Assembly (NCBI GenBank): GCA_963754315.1
Contig: CAVWFS010000007.1
Span: 224,001-288,000, forward strand
Length of the DNA: 64,000 nt
Direction: 5' to 3'
DNA from: an uncultured Candidatus Rokubacteria bacterium
GTDB lineage: Bacteria > Methylomirabilota > Methylomirabilia > Rokubacteriales > CSP1-6
Below the pieces are notes generated by a model, which searched no databases, was not told the origin of the DNA, and saw only the letters and a program-made list of their open reading frames with translations. This document shows positions 10,490 through 20,296 of the stretch, piece after piece; the first letter of the stretch is position 1, and each line of letters starts with the position of its first letter. A program made the translations under genes and the position numbers.

Positions 10490-10496
10490 GCGATCC

Positions 10497-11282
10497 TCAG
10501 ACGTCCCAGCCGCCGTCCACGGTCACCGACTGGCCGGTCATGTTCCGCGAATCGTCGGAGGCCAAGAAGCAGACGGCATCGGCGATATCCTGGGCTGTGG
10601 TAACCCGCCCGAGTGCCATCTCGTCGGCGTATTCCTGATAGACCTGCTCTGGAGTCCACCCGCGCTTGCGGGCTTTCTCCCGGCACAGCTTGTCCATGCG
10701 CTCGCCCTGCACGATACCGGGATGAAGCGCGTTGACGTTGATATTGTAGACGCCCACCTCCAGGGCGACTGTCCGGGTGAAGCCGCGTAACGCCCACTTC
10801 GCCGACGAATAGGCGGCGCGGAACTTGTAGCCACGCAGTCCCGACGAGCCGCTGATGTTGATGATCTTGCCGTAGCGCTGGGTGATCATGGTGGGGAGCA
10901 CGTGCTTGGTGGGCAGGAACGTTCCCTTGAGATTCACGGCCAGGACACTGTCCCAGTCCTTCTCGCTGATCTCCCATACAGGCGTCTCGATGGGGCCAGT
11001 CGTGCCCGCCGCGTTGACGAGAATATCAATACGGCCCCCCCAGGCGGCTCGCACACGGTTCACCAGAGCCTCCACGGCCGCCTCGTCCGTCACATCGGTG
11101 GGCTGTACTAGCGCCTGCTTCTTCTGGCCGGCGATCTCGTGGGCGAGCTGCTCGAGCGGCTCCCGCTCGCGGGCAGCCAACGCGACATGAGCGCCAGCCT
11201 GGGCCAAGGTAAGGCAGATCTCGCGACCCATTCCCTTGGCCGCCCCCGTGACGATCGCCACCCGATCCTGGAGATCTCTCAT
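10497..11282 (-). CDS. Short-chain dehydrogenase/reductase
   Basis: TGAAKGMG, VNAAG, YSSAK. Confidence 0.92.
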   Translation of the reverse strand: MRDLQDRVAIVTGAAKGMGREICLTLAQAGAHVALAAREREPLEQLAHEIAGQKKQALVQPTDVTDEAAVEALVNRVRAAWGGRIDILVNAAGTTGPIETPVWEISEKDWDSVLAVNLKGTFLPTKHVLPTMITQRYGKIINISGSSGLRGYKFRAAYSSAKWALRGFTRTVALEVGVYNINVNALHPGIVQGERMDKLCREKARKRGWTPEQVYQEYADEMALGRVTTAQDIADAVCFLASDDSRNMTGQSVTVDGGWDV

Positions 11283-12910
11283 AGGTACCCTTCCTGCTGA
11301 TCGTGTTCGCGCAGCTCACGGCGACGCCCCGTCGGAGGCCCGTAACCGCCCCCTCCACACGTCTCAACCAGGACGAGGTCACCTCGTCGGAGCACCAAGG
11401 TTTCCTTGCCGCCGACGATCCTGGCGCCCGAGCCTGGATTGAGGGTCACCTGGAACGGCAAGCCGTCGTCACCCCCCAGCGCCCCCCATGGCGGGACCAG
11501 ACGGCGTTCGAACATCGTGGTCAAGGTGAGTTCCTCGCCGAGCACGCGATAGGCCCGGCGAAACCCGAGACCGCCTCGATGAGTTCCATCGCCGGCGGAA
11601 CCGGGCCGCAGGGCGTGCTCCTCGATGAGGAGAGGGTATTCCTGCTCGATGACTTCAGTCGGGGTATTCATGACGTTCGACATGTGTACTCGCAGGGCGG
11701 CAGCGCCGTCTCGACCCGGCCCCCCGCCTTCCCCGCCCCCGTGGACTTCATAGAGGATCGCCCAGCGTCCGTCCGGGCGGCGGGTCCCGAATAGCAAGAG
11801 CCCGGAGGTGGTCGGGCCGCCGGCCACGATGCGATGGGGCAGGATCGGCGTCAGGGCCTTGAAGATCGCATCCACGATCCGCTGCGAGGTTTCGTGGTTT
11901 CCGCCGACCACGGGGCGGTCGGGGTCGGGATTGAGCACCGACCGAGGCGGCACCACGACGTGCAAGGGCCGATAGCAGCCGTCGTTGGGTGGGACCTCGG
12001 GCGCCACCAGGGCCTTGATGGCGTAGTACACCGAAGAGCACACGATGAAGGGCGTGGTGTTCACGGGACCGATCGCCTGGGGATCGGTCCCGCCGAAGTC
12101 GAAAACGGCCTGGTCACCCTCGATCCGCACGCGAACCCGGATACGGATAGGCCTGGCCTGCACGCCATCGTCGTCGAGCCAGTCTTCGCCTTCCCATTCG
12201 CCATCGGGCAGAGCCCGGAGGGCCGCCCGCATCTCGGCCTCGGACTCGTCGTGCAGACGGACGAAGCAGGAGTGCACCGTGTCGACGCCGTGGTGCGTGC
12301 ACAGCTCGGCCAGGCGGCGGGCCGCCACATCGCAGGCCGCGAACTGGGCGAAGAGATCACCCTCGCGTTCCTCGCGCCCTCGCACGTTGGCCAGAATGAG
12401 GTCGATCTTCTCGCGTTCGGGTCCCGCCGCGTTGAAGAGCCGCACAGGTGGGATTCGCAGGCCCTCCTGATAGCACTCTCGGGCAAACGGCACGTAGCTG
12501 CCGGGAACGGCGCCACCGATGTCAGCCCAGTGCGCGAGGTTGATAGCGAAGGCGATCAGCCGATTCTGGACGAAGACCGGCCTTAGCGCCTTCACGTCGG
12601 GAAGATGGTTGCCGCCGACCTCAGGAAGGTTCAAGAACCACACATCCCCCTCGGCGAGGCGCGCCGCCGGTACTCGCTTGAGGAACTCCTTGACCGTGAA
12701 GCCCATGACGCCCATGTGCATGGGAATGTCACGGCCCTGGGCGATCAGGCGCCCTTCGGCATCGGTGAGGGCCGACGACAGGTCGCCGGCCTCTTTCAAG
12801 AGCGGAGACCGGGCCGACCGCATGACGATGACGCTCATCTCTTCGGCGATGGCATAGAGCCCGTGGCGGACCACCTCGAGGGTCACTGGACTGACGGCGC
12901 GCCGGGTCAT
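11279..12910 (-). CDS. Hydantoinase B/5-oxoprolinase-family subunit
   Basis: RSARSP, HMG, GGNHLPD, HWADIGG, EGLRIP, GGGGYG. ATG at 12910. Confidence 0.92.
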   Translation of the reverse strand: MTRRAVSPVTLEVVRHGLYAIAEEMSVIVMRSARSPLLKEAGDLSSALTDAEGRLIAQGRDIPMHMGVMGFTVKEFLKRVPAARLAEGDVWFLNLPEVGGNHLPDVKALRPVFVQNRLIAFAINLAHWADIGGAVPGSYVPFARECYQEGLRIPPVRLFNAAGPEREKIDLILANVRGREEREGDLFAQFAACDVAARRLAELCTHHGVDTVHSCFVRLHDESEAEMRAALRALPDGEWEGEDWLDDDGVQARPIRIRVRVRIEGDQAVFDFGGTDPQAIGPVNTTPFIVCSSVYYAIKALVAPEVPPNDGCYRPLHVVVPPRSVLNPDPDRPVVGGNHETSQRIVDAIFKALTPILPHRIVAGGPTTSGLLLFGTRRPDGRWAILYEVHGGGEGGGPGRDGAAALRVHMSNVMNTPTEVIEQEYPLLIEEHALRPGSAGDGTHRGGLGFRRAYRVLGEELTLTTMFERRLVPPWGALGGDDGLPFQVTLNPGSGARIVGGKETLVLRRGDLVLVETCGGGGYGPPTGRRRELREHDQQEGYL

Positions 12911-14916
12911 CCCTGCTCCTCGACGATGAGGTTCCCTGACCGATCCGCGTGACCGTGCTGGCCAGGCCACAGCACCGTGGTGGAGGACTCGTCTTCGATC
13001 ATAGCGGGGCCGGCGATCATACGGCCGACCGGCAGCCGGGCACGGTCGTAGCGCGGAAGGCTCACCTCGCCGACCGGCGGAAAATATGCACGTTGGCGGC
13101 CCGTGGGTGTCGGCTCGCTTTCCTCCGTGCTTACGGTGGGCAGCTCATCAGACGGATCGGCGACACTCGCGAGGACTCGGAGATTCACGCACTCGATGGT
13201 CTCCCCGGTGGCGTAGCCGTAGAGCCGGCGATGGCGATCCTCGAAGGCAGCGCGCAGGCGTGCTGGGTCGCGCTGGTAGGGGACCTCTAGCTCATAGTTC
13301 TGTCCACCATACCGAAGGTCGACGCTCCGACTCACCGCCACGACCTCAGCCGCGATACCTTCCTCGTGGAGCGGGGCAACCACGCGCGTCTCCAGCGCGC
13401 GTAGCCGGCCTTCGATCGTTTGCGGATCCCAGGCGTCCAGGGACGCGCGGCATGTCTGCACGGCATCGTAACGCAGAGGCGATACAAGGCAACCGAGGGC
13501 CGAGAAGGCGCCGGACAGGGCAGGCACGATGACGGTCCGTATGCCCGCGCTCCGCGCGAGGGCGCCGGCATGGACGGGACCGGCACCGCCGTAGGCGATG
13601 AGCGCGAAGTCCCGGAGATCGTAACCACGCTGAACTGAGACGAGCCGGAGCGCGCGGAACATACTCGCGTTGGCGATCTCGACCACTCCGAGGGCTGCCT
13701 CGACCGCGGACAGGCCCACCGCGCGGCCGAGACGAGCCAGTGCCGCCTCGGCGAGGTCGCGCCGGAGCCGGATCGTTTCTCCATACAGCCGGTCCGGATT
13801 CAGATAGCCCAGCACGAGGTTGGCGTCGGTCACGGTTGGCTCGGTGCCGCCTCGGTCATACGCGGCGGGACCGGGCTGGGCTCCGGCGCTGCGCGGGCCG
13901 ACCTTCAAGGCCCCGGCGGCATCGACCACAGCCACCGATCCGCCCCCCGCGCCGATCGACTCCACGGCGACCATGGGCAGGCGGATCGGCACATCGCCGA
14001 GCCGCCGCTGGGCGCTGGTCTCGGCCGCACCGTCGGTGATGAGACACACATCCGTGGTGGTGCCGCCCATGTCAAAGGCGATCGCTCGGCGGATACCGAC
14101 ACGGCGGGCCACCCAGGCGGCGGCGGCCACGCCGGCGGCCGGTCCGGACATGGCCATGGCGAGCGGACGGGCTCGCGCCGCGTCGATTGACATCATCCCT
14201 CCCGCTGAGTGCAGAAGATGGATTGGCATCTCCCGTGCCGCCAGCGAAGACTGAAGCTCACCGAGGTAACGAGCGGCCATCGGCATGACGCTGGCGTTGA
14301 GCACGGTCGTCGATGTCCGTTCGTATTCGCGGAACTCCGCGTTGATGTCCGTCGAGATACAGACATACGGGAACCGCTCGCTCAGCACGGCCTGCAGCGC
14401 CTGCTCGTGGGCGGGGTTGGCGTAGGCGTGGAGTAGACTCACGGCCACACTTTCGACCCCTTCCCGGGCAAAGGTGTCCACGATAGCGGGAACGTCCCCG
14501 AGGGCGAGGGGGACCATCACGCGGCCGTCGGCGGTGACCCGTTCACTGACCTCGAGGCGCAAACGACGCGGAACAAGCGGTTCAGGCTTAGGGGGAAGGT
14601 GGAGGTGATAGAGGTGTGTGCGGCTCTGGCGGCCGATCTCCAGCACATCGCGAAAGCCACGTGTGGTGACGAGGCCGACCCGTGCACCCCGGCGTTCCAC
14701 GATGGCGTTCGTCACGACGGTAGTCCCGTGGGCCAGCGAGCCTAGTCGCCCGGCGCGGGCGGCCAGGAGGGCTAACGCCTGCCCGACACCGTCCGCCGGG
14801 CGGGCCGGCGTCGTGGGGATCTTGGCGGCGTGCAGGCGCCTCGATGCCCATCCGACCACGTCCGTGAAGGTGCCACCGACGTCGACGCCTGCGCGGACTC
14901 CTTGAGCGTGATTCAG
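12907..14916 (-). CDS. Hydantoinase A/5-oxoprolinase-family ATP-binding subunit
   Basis: GVDVGGTFTD, HGTT, SGPAAG, DMGGTTTD, GAGGGS, YGGAG. Start uncertain (CTG near 14916). Confidence 0.9.
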   Translation of the reverse strand: MNHAQGVRAGVDVGGTFTDVVGWASRRLHAAKIPTTPARPADGVGQALALLAARAGRLGSLAHGTTVVTNAIVERRGARVGLVTTRGFRDVLEIGRQSRTHLYHLHLPPKPEPLVPRRLRLEVSERVTADGRVMVPLALGDVPAIVDTFAREGVESVAVSLLHAYANPAHEQALQAVLSERFPYVCISTDINAEFREYERTSTTVLNASVMPMAARYLGELQSSLAAREMPIHLLHSAGGMMSIDAARARPLAMAMSGPAAGVAAAAWVARRVGIRRAIAFDMGGTTTDVCLITDGAAETSAQRRLGDVPIRLPMVAVESIGAGGGSVAVVDAAGALKVGPRSAGAQPGPAAYDRGGTEPTVTDANLVLGYLNPDRLYGETIRLRRDLAEAALARLGRAVGLSAVEAALGVVEIANASMFRALRLVSVQRGYDLRDFALIAYGGAGPVHAGALARSAGIRTVIVPALSGAFSALGCLVSPLRYDAVQTCRASLDAWDPQTIEGRLRALETRVVAPLHEEGIAAEVVAVSRSVDLRYGGQNYELEVPYQRDPARLRAAFEDRHRRLYGYATGETIECVNLRVLASVADPSDELPTVSTEESEPTPTGRQRAYFPPVGEVSLPRYDRARLPVGRMIAGPAMIEDESSTTVLWPGQHGHADRSGNLIVEEQG

Positions 14917-14932
14917 GGGCGAGGCCAGACGC

Positions 14933-15968
14933 TCACTTGGCCACGATGTTGGCGTTGAACCACTCTTTCCACGCGGCGAGGGTCTTGGCACGTGTCTCAT
15001 CGTCCATGATGTACCCACGCTCCTTCCACTCGGCGGCCGTGGAGAAGATGCCCGGCTGCCCCTTGAGCTTGGCGGGCACCATGGCCTTGAGATTGGTGGG
15101 CCCCGCTTTGAGTGTGGCGACCAGCCCCTCCTGGACATCTTTGGAAAGCGCCGTGTTGATGAATTGATAGGCGGCGTCGGCTTTCTTCGTCCCGGCCATG
15201 ATGGCCGGGCAATCGATGCCCACGATGCCGCCCCGATCGGTAGGCTGCACGACCTTGATGGTGAGTCCCTGGTCGATAAGATGGTACGCGTTGCTGGACA
15301 GCATCACCTGGACTGGAGCTTCCCCCGTCTTCATCAAATCCTGGCTGCGCGCGTCCGTCGAGAAGAAGGCGGCTATGTTCGGCTTGAGGCGCTTCAGCCG
15401 TTCCTGTCCCTTCTGCCATTCGATCTCATTGCCCCCCTCCAGCAGCGCGCTGATCACGATGATGTGAGAGGGATCGAAATCGGGCATCCCGATCTTTCCC
15501 TTGAAGCCGGGGATCCCATAGGTCGCCCCACCTGGTGATCTCGGGACCGGGAACCAAATCGGGTCGGTAGGCGATCGTGTAGACGTACGACCATACCCCC
15601 ACGTGGGCATCGCTGCGGATGGCCTCGCGGGCGAGGTCGGCAAGGTTGGGGATCTTGCCCGTGTCGAGCTTCTGGAAGAGACCGTCAGACATGTAGAGGC
15701 GCCCGACATGCGATGTGGTGAAGGTCACATCGACGAGCGGAGAGGCCTTGGAGACACGAGCCTTGGCAAGCCGATCGAGGGTGCCCCCAACCTCGAATTC
15801 GACGGGGATGCCCGTCTTGGCGGTGAACGGCTTCGCGATGACCCGGTCGATCGTGTCCTTCCAGCTGCCCCCCCATGAGCTGACGACCAGTGGTTCGGCC
15901 GCGCGAGTTTTCGATGCGGGCAGCAGGGCTACGGCGCTCAGACTCGAAATGAAGGTACGCCTGCGCAT
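14933..15968 (-). CDS. Extracellular solute-binding protein (PotD-like) with Tat signal; frameshift near 15510
   Basis: MRRRTF twin-arginine leader and VSSWGG. The N-terminal frame ...WGDLWDP joins FKGKIGMPD... if one base is removed from the G4 run at ~15510. Confidence 0.85.
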
Positions 15969-16083
15969 TGACGGCTCCTCGTGGCCCTCGCGGCGTTGCG
16001 ATGCGGCGGGATGATCGCGGACTCTAACGCAGCTCTTGGCCAGGCGCAACACTCCGACGTTGACGCGAAGCAGCAATTTGAGC

Positions 16084-16112
16084 TTGCCTCCCATAACGCG
16101 ATGCGTTATCAT
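16084..16112 (+). promoter_or_regulatory. Sigma70-type promoter of the phasin gene, with a palindromic operator in the spacer
   Basis: TTGCCT(16084-89)-N17-TATCAT(16107-12). Perfect inverted repeat ATAACGC-gat-GCGTTAT at 16093-16109. Confidence 0.6.
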
Positions 16113-16195
16113 GGAGTCCAATGGAACGCGAAGCGAAACGGCGCCAACGCGACGCAAGACAAACACGGTCACGGCAGCCGAAGGAGGAATCGGTG

Positions 16196-16573
16196 ATGCA
16201 GCAGTCCACTCCCAGCGAGATGTACACCCAGTTCACCGGCAAGACGGTCGAGGCGATCACCCTGTGGGCGGAGGCCAATCAGCGCATGCTGAAGGAGCTA
16301 GCTGACTTCACGGCCGGATCGGCCAAGGAGGGCGCACGCCTCTGCGCCGAGATCCAGCAGAACGCGGTGAGGGTTCTTGGCGAGACGCCGTCGTGCCTGC
16401 CCTGGCAACCGGGCGCGTGGCAGGAGGGCTATCAGAGGACCTTCAAGCTCGTCGAAGGCAATGTCCAGGCGGTAAGCCGTTCGGCTGAACGTGTGCAGGC
16501 GTCGGCGGAGCAGGCCGGCAAGGGCATCCACGAGGCGTTCGCCACCATCGGCGAGAAGATGAAGAGTCTGTAG
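16196..16573 (+). CDS. Phasin-like granule-associated protein
   Basis: 125 aa, Ala/Gln/Glu-rich and predicted helical, with AAGGAGG SD; adjacent to phaR/phaB/phaEC. Function inferred from composition and context. Confidence 0.65.
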   Translation: MQQSTPSEMYTQFTGKTVEAITLWAEANQRMLKELADFTAGSAKEGARLCAEIQQNAVRVLGETPSCLPWQPGAWQEGYQRTFKLVEGNVQAVSRSAERVQASAEQAGKGIHEAFATIGEKMKSL

Positions 16574-16591
16574 GCCCGAGGAGGAACCGAG

Positions 16592-16648
16592 GGGTGCCGC
16601 CGGCCCACCGGCGGCCACCCAGACGTAGGGCCCTTGCGGCCGTAAGGG
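16592..16648. terminator. Two GC-rich hairpins between the convergent phasin and phaR genes
   Basis: GGGTGCCGCCGG-ccca-CCGGCGGCCACCC (16592-16620) and CCCTTGCGGCCGTAAGGG (16631-16648). No clear U-tract. Confidence 0.5.
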
Positions 16649-16655
16649 GTGAACC

Positions 16656-17168
16656 CTAAGGTTTCGACTCGCTTTTCCGTTTCTCGAGGCGCTCCTCGAG
16701 GGCACGCAGCCGTTCGCGCAGCACGGCCACCTCTTCGCGGAGCTTCTCCGCGTCCCGCGGTTTCTCCGCCGTGTCCGCTTCGGCCCGCGTGTCCGCCCGC
16801 GGCACCATGGCTGCCCAGCCGGCGCGCGAGGCCCACTCGCGATAGACCCGATCCATCTCGCGCTGGTTCGTGGTGACGTTCTCCAAGCTGGATCGCAGAG
16901 AGCGCTGGATGAAGTCCTGCCACTCTTCGCCGTGCTTGATGAGTTGATGCAGAAAGGCGGTCGGCAGGTTCCCACGGTGGTTTCGCTCGGCCTCGAGAAT
17001 GATCTGGGTGAGCGTGACCGAGGTGAGGTCCTCGCTGGAGACGGCGTCGACGACCGAGATCTCCTTGCCTGACCGGATCATCTCCTCGATTTCATCCAAG
17101 GTGACGTAGCGGCTCTCTTGGGTGTCGTACAGCTTGCGGTTTGAGTAACGCTTGATGACGTACACCAT
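16656..17168 (-). CDS. phaR: PHA synthesis regulator PhaR (DNA-binding domain)
   Basis: IKRYSNRKLYDTQESRYVTL...EDLT..TL.QIILE signature. ATG at 17168 with AAGGAG SD. Confidence 0.88.
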   Translation of the reverse strand: MVYVIKRYSNRKLYDTQESRYVTLDEIEEMIRSGKEISVVDAVSSEDLTSVTLTQIILEAERNHRGNLPTAFLHQLIKHGEEWQDFIQRSLRSSLENVTTNQREMDRVYREWASRAGWAAMVPRADTRAEADTAEKPRDAEKLREEVAVLRERLRALEERLEKRKSESKP

Positions 17169-17289
17169 CAATCTCCTTGGCGAAACGTCCGCCAACGTTG
17201 CGCCGAGTCTAACACCGCGCGTCAAGGTCGACAAGAGCACGCATGCTAGACTGGCGCGTCGTCGCTCCGCTCAGGAGGCGCATCGGGAA

Positions 17290-18033
17290 ATGAAATTGGT
17301 TGGTCGAACGGCTCTGGTCACCGGGGGCTCGCGCGGCATCGGGCGGGCCATCGTGCTCGCCTTGGCCGAAGAAGGGGCTGACGTCGCCATCAACTACGTG
17401 TCCAGTGAGAACGCAGCCCGCGAAGTGGCGGAGGCCGTGCAGAAAATAGGCCGGCGAGCGCTGCTGGCCCAGGCCGACGTCGCCGACTACCCCGACACCT
17501 TTCGGATGGCCCAGCGGGTGTTGCAGGAGTTTGGCCACCTCGACATCCTCGTCAACAATGCCGGGATCAACTCCGACAAGACATTTGTCAAGATGGACCA
17601 CGCGTCGTGGCGCAAGGTGCTCGCCATCAATCTGGACGGGGTCTTCAACTGCACGAAGGTCTTCATCGACCAGATGCTCAAGCAGAATTACGGCCGCGTG
17701 GTGAACGTCACCTCGGTCATTGGCCAGATCGGCAACTTCGGTCAGGCGAACTATGCCGCCTCCAAGGCGGGGGTGGCCGCGTTCACCAAATCTCTTGCCA
17801 AAGAACTGGCGGGCAAGGGCGTGACCGTGAACGCGGTGGCGCCGGGTTTCATCGAGACCGAGATGGTGGAAAGCATTCCCGAGCGGGTCCGCAACCGCCT
17901 CCTCGATCAGATCCCTCTCAAGCGCTTCGGGCGGGCGGACGAGGTAGGACGCTCCGTCATCTTCATCGTGTCCTCGGACGGGGACTACATCACCGGCGCC
18001 GAGCTGTCCATCAATGGTGGCCTGCTCATGTGA
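17290..18033 (+). CDS. phaB: Acetoacetyl-CoA/3-oxoacyl reductase
   Basis: TGGSRGIG, NNAGI, GNFGQANYAASKAG, GAELSINGG; PHA context. Confidence 0.8.
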   Translation: MKLVGRTALVTGGSRGIGRAIVLALAEEGADVAINYVSSENAAREVAEAVQKIGRRALLAQADVADYPDTFRMAQRVLQEFGHLDILVNNAGINSDKTFVKMDHASWRKVLAINLDGVFNCTKVFIDQMLKQNYGRVVNVTSVIGQIGNFGQANYAASKAGVAAFTKSLAKELAGKGVTVNAVAPGFIETEMVESIPERVRNRLLDQIPLKRFGRADEVGRSVIFIVSSDGDYITGAELSINGGLLM

Positions 18034-18042
18034 GGGTCGATC

Positions 18043-18594
18043 TTAGGTGCGACCCTCCCGGATCCCGAGCATGGCCAGACCAAGCGTCCCCCAGAAGTCG
18101 ACCACCTGGGCGGCCCACCTCCACGGCTGAACGGCGAGAGCGGTCAGTTGCGCTCCCGCTCGTTCGTACACGATCGCGCTCCGCGACGGCATGACCCAGG
18201 CCTCTCCGGTGAGCACCTCTTCGTCTCGCTGATTCGTACAGATGGTGATCAAGCGCAGCCGGTTGCGCTCCCTCAAGACCTCCGCCACCTCGACCCGGGC
18301 CGTGATGGTGTCTTCGAACAGCACTGGCCTCACGAACGTGAGGCCTTGTGACAAGTAGATTGTCCCCGGTCCTGGCAGCCGGGTCCCGATGACCGCAGAG
18401 ATCAAGCCAGCCGTGAAGATGCCCGGCGCGATCGGCTCCTTGAAGATGGTGGTCGCGGCATAGGTTGGATCACTGTGAACAGGGTTCGCGTCGCCCACGG
18501 CGTGGACGAAGCGGGCGACATCCGCCTCGGCCACCGTCCGCTTGATCCAGGCAACGTCCCCGGGGGCAATCTCGGCGATGGTCTTGCCGATCAC
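18043..18594 (-). CDS. MaoC-family (R)-specific enoyl-CoA hydratase (PhaJ-like) with C-terminal extension
   Basis: GDANPVH hydratase motif, LPGPGTIYLSQ. GTG at 18594 overlaps the phaE stop. Confidence 0.85.
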   Translation of the reverse strand: MIGKTIAEIAPGDVAWIKRTVAEADVARFVHAVGDANPVHSDPTYAATTIFKEPIAPGIFTAGLISAVIGTRLPGPGTIYLSQGLTFVRPVLFEDTITARVEVAEVLRERNRLRLITICTNQRDEEVLTGEAWVMPSRSAIVYERAGAQLTALAVQPWRWAAQVVDFWGTLGLAMLGIREGRT

Positions 18595-19133
18595 CGGGTG
18601 GCTCCGCTGGGCTCGGCCGGCGGTCGGGGAGTCGACTCGAGGCGGCGGGCCAGGGCGGCAATCGAGTCCTCGAGCCGCTCGAGGCGGTCGTCCAGCTCCA
18701 TGATCTGTTTGGCCACACTCGCCACTTGGGTTCGTGAAGGCAGATTGAGCGCCTGCAGGCCGGCCTCCACAGATTGTTCGGCTGCGCGCTTGGCTGGCCC
18801 CTGAGCCACCAACCATTGATCCAAGGTCTTGCCCATCATCTGGGCGAAGGCGTCCGTGTTCATAGCCTGGCCGAGTGCCTTCGACCACGCTTCGATGGAC
18901 TGATCGAGAAACTGCTTCCACTGCGTCATCAGGTCGGGGGTGACCGGCGTCTGGGCGAACAGCCGCGCCCACTGGGCGAGTCCGCCCTCGAACATGGGCT
19001 TCCACCAGAATCCGGCGGGATCCGCGCTGGGGGTGGGCGCCTTGCCCAGAAGCTGGGCCCATGACGTGGCCCCCTCTTCGAGCTGCTTCTTCCACAACTC
19101 GAACAGCTGCTGCGAGGACGGGATCTCGGTCAT
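18591..19133 (-). CDS. phaE: Class III PHA synthase subunit PhaE-like
   Basis: Directly downstream of phaC. C-terminal LNLPSR.....V...I.ELDDRLERLE motif; Trp-rich N-terminus. Confidence 0.72.
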   Translation of the reverse strand: MTEIPSSQQLFELWKKQLEEGATSWAQLLGKAPTPSADPAGFWWKPMFEGGLAQWARLFAQTPVTPDLMTQWKQFLDQSIEAWSKALGQAMNTDAFAQMMGKTLDQWLVAQGPAKRAAEQSVEAGLQALNLPSRTQVASVAKQIMELDDRLERLEDSIAALARRLESTPRPPAEPSGATR

Positions 19134-19143
19134 AGCGCCTCCC

Positions 19144-20271
19144 TCACGAGTGGGTCGCCAGCCAGCCCGAGACCTGTGGCCAGCAGTGAAGCGAGGCCCC
19201 GCGTCCGGCGATCAGCGAGATGTGCCCTCCTGGCAGCTCGACATACTGCTTGTCACGGCTGCCCACCACGTCGACCAGCGCGCGCACGCACGCCGGCGGC
19301 GCGATGTAATCCTCCTTGGCGCCGACCACGAACACGGGACACGTGATGGCCTCGAGCCGGACGGGCCGCCCCCCGCAGGTGAGCTCGCCGCGGTACAGCT
19401 TGTTGTCCTGATAGAAGTCGCGCACCCACTGCCGGAAGAACTCACCCGGGAAGGCCACGTACTCGTTGGCCCACTTGTTGAGCGCGTTGAAGCCCTCCAC
19501 GTACTTGTCGTTCCAGAGATTCCACCAGAGATTGAGGTTGGTGGAGAGATCCATGGTCGGCTTGATGAGCTTGAAGCCGGCCTTGACCAGGTCGGCAGGC
19601 ACGGCGCCGAGCGTGTCGACAAAGCGGTCGACGTTGAAGTACTTCTTGTCGAGCCAGAGCCCGAAGAGCCCGACCTTCGAGAAGTCGAAGGGCCCTGCCA
19701 TGTTGATGAAGTTGCGGACTGGCGTCTCCGGATAGGCGGCCACGAACGAAGCGGAGAGCGGAGCCCCCATGCAGTAGCCGAGGATGGACAACTCGCGCGC
19801 CCCTGACACCTCGAGCACCTTGCGTGCCATGCGGGGCAGGATCCGGCTCACGCACTCCTCGACCGAGAGATCGTTGTCCTCGGGACCGAAGACCCCCCAG
19901 TCGAGCAGAAAGAAATCGAAGCCCTCCCTGGTCATGTGCTCCACGAAACTGCCCCCGGGGAGAAGGTCGAAAATGTAAGGCCGGCTGATACCGAGATTCG
20001 GCACGAAGAGCACCGGCGTCGGGTGCGCCCGCCGCGAGGTGTAGCGGTAGAGGCGGGCCTTGTTCCGCTTGTACACTTCTTCGCGCGGCGACTGACCGAC
20101 GTGGGGATTGGCGGGGCGGGCGACCATGTCGGAGAGGTTCTGGACGCGCTTGAGGTTGCGCTGAAACTCGTCCTGCCATTGTTTCATCACTTCGACCGAC
20201 ACTGGTCCGTCCCCGTTTGGATACCCGTGGGCGAAGCGTTCCACCACATCCGCGAAGCGCTCCTGGGCCAT
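19144..20271 (-). CDS. phaC: Class III PHA synthase PhaC
   Basis: About 375 aa alpha/beta hydrolase: RPYIFDL, LDWG, GYCMG lipase box, catalytic D (KEDYIAPP) and H (GGHISL). Confidence 0.9.
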   Translation of the reverse strand: MAQERFADVVERFAHGYPNGDGPVSVEVMKQWQDEFQRNLKRVQNLSDMVARPANPHVGQSPREEVYKRNKARLYRYTSRRAHPTPVLFVPNLGISRPYIFDLLPGGSFVEHMTREGFDFFLLDWGVFGPEDNDLSVEECVSRILPRMARKVLEVSGARELSILGYCMGAPLSASFVAAYPETPVRNFINMAGPFDFSKVGLFGLWLDKKYFNVDRFVDTLGAVPADLVKAGFKLIKPTMDLSTNLNLWWNLWNDKYVEGFNALNKWANEYVAFPGEFFRQWVRDFYQDNKLYRGELTCGGRPVRLEAITCPVFVVGAKEDYIAPPACVRALVDVVGSRDKQYVELPGGHISLIAGRGASLHCWPQVSGWLATHS

Positions 20272-20296
20272 CAGCGGACGCTCCAAGGCTGTCGCG

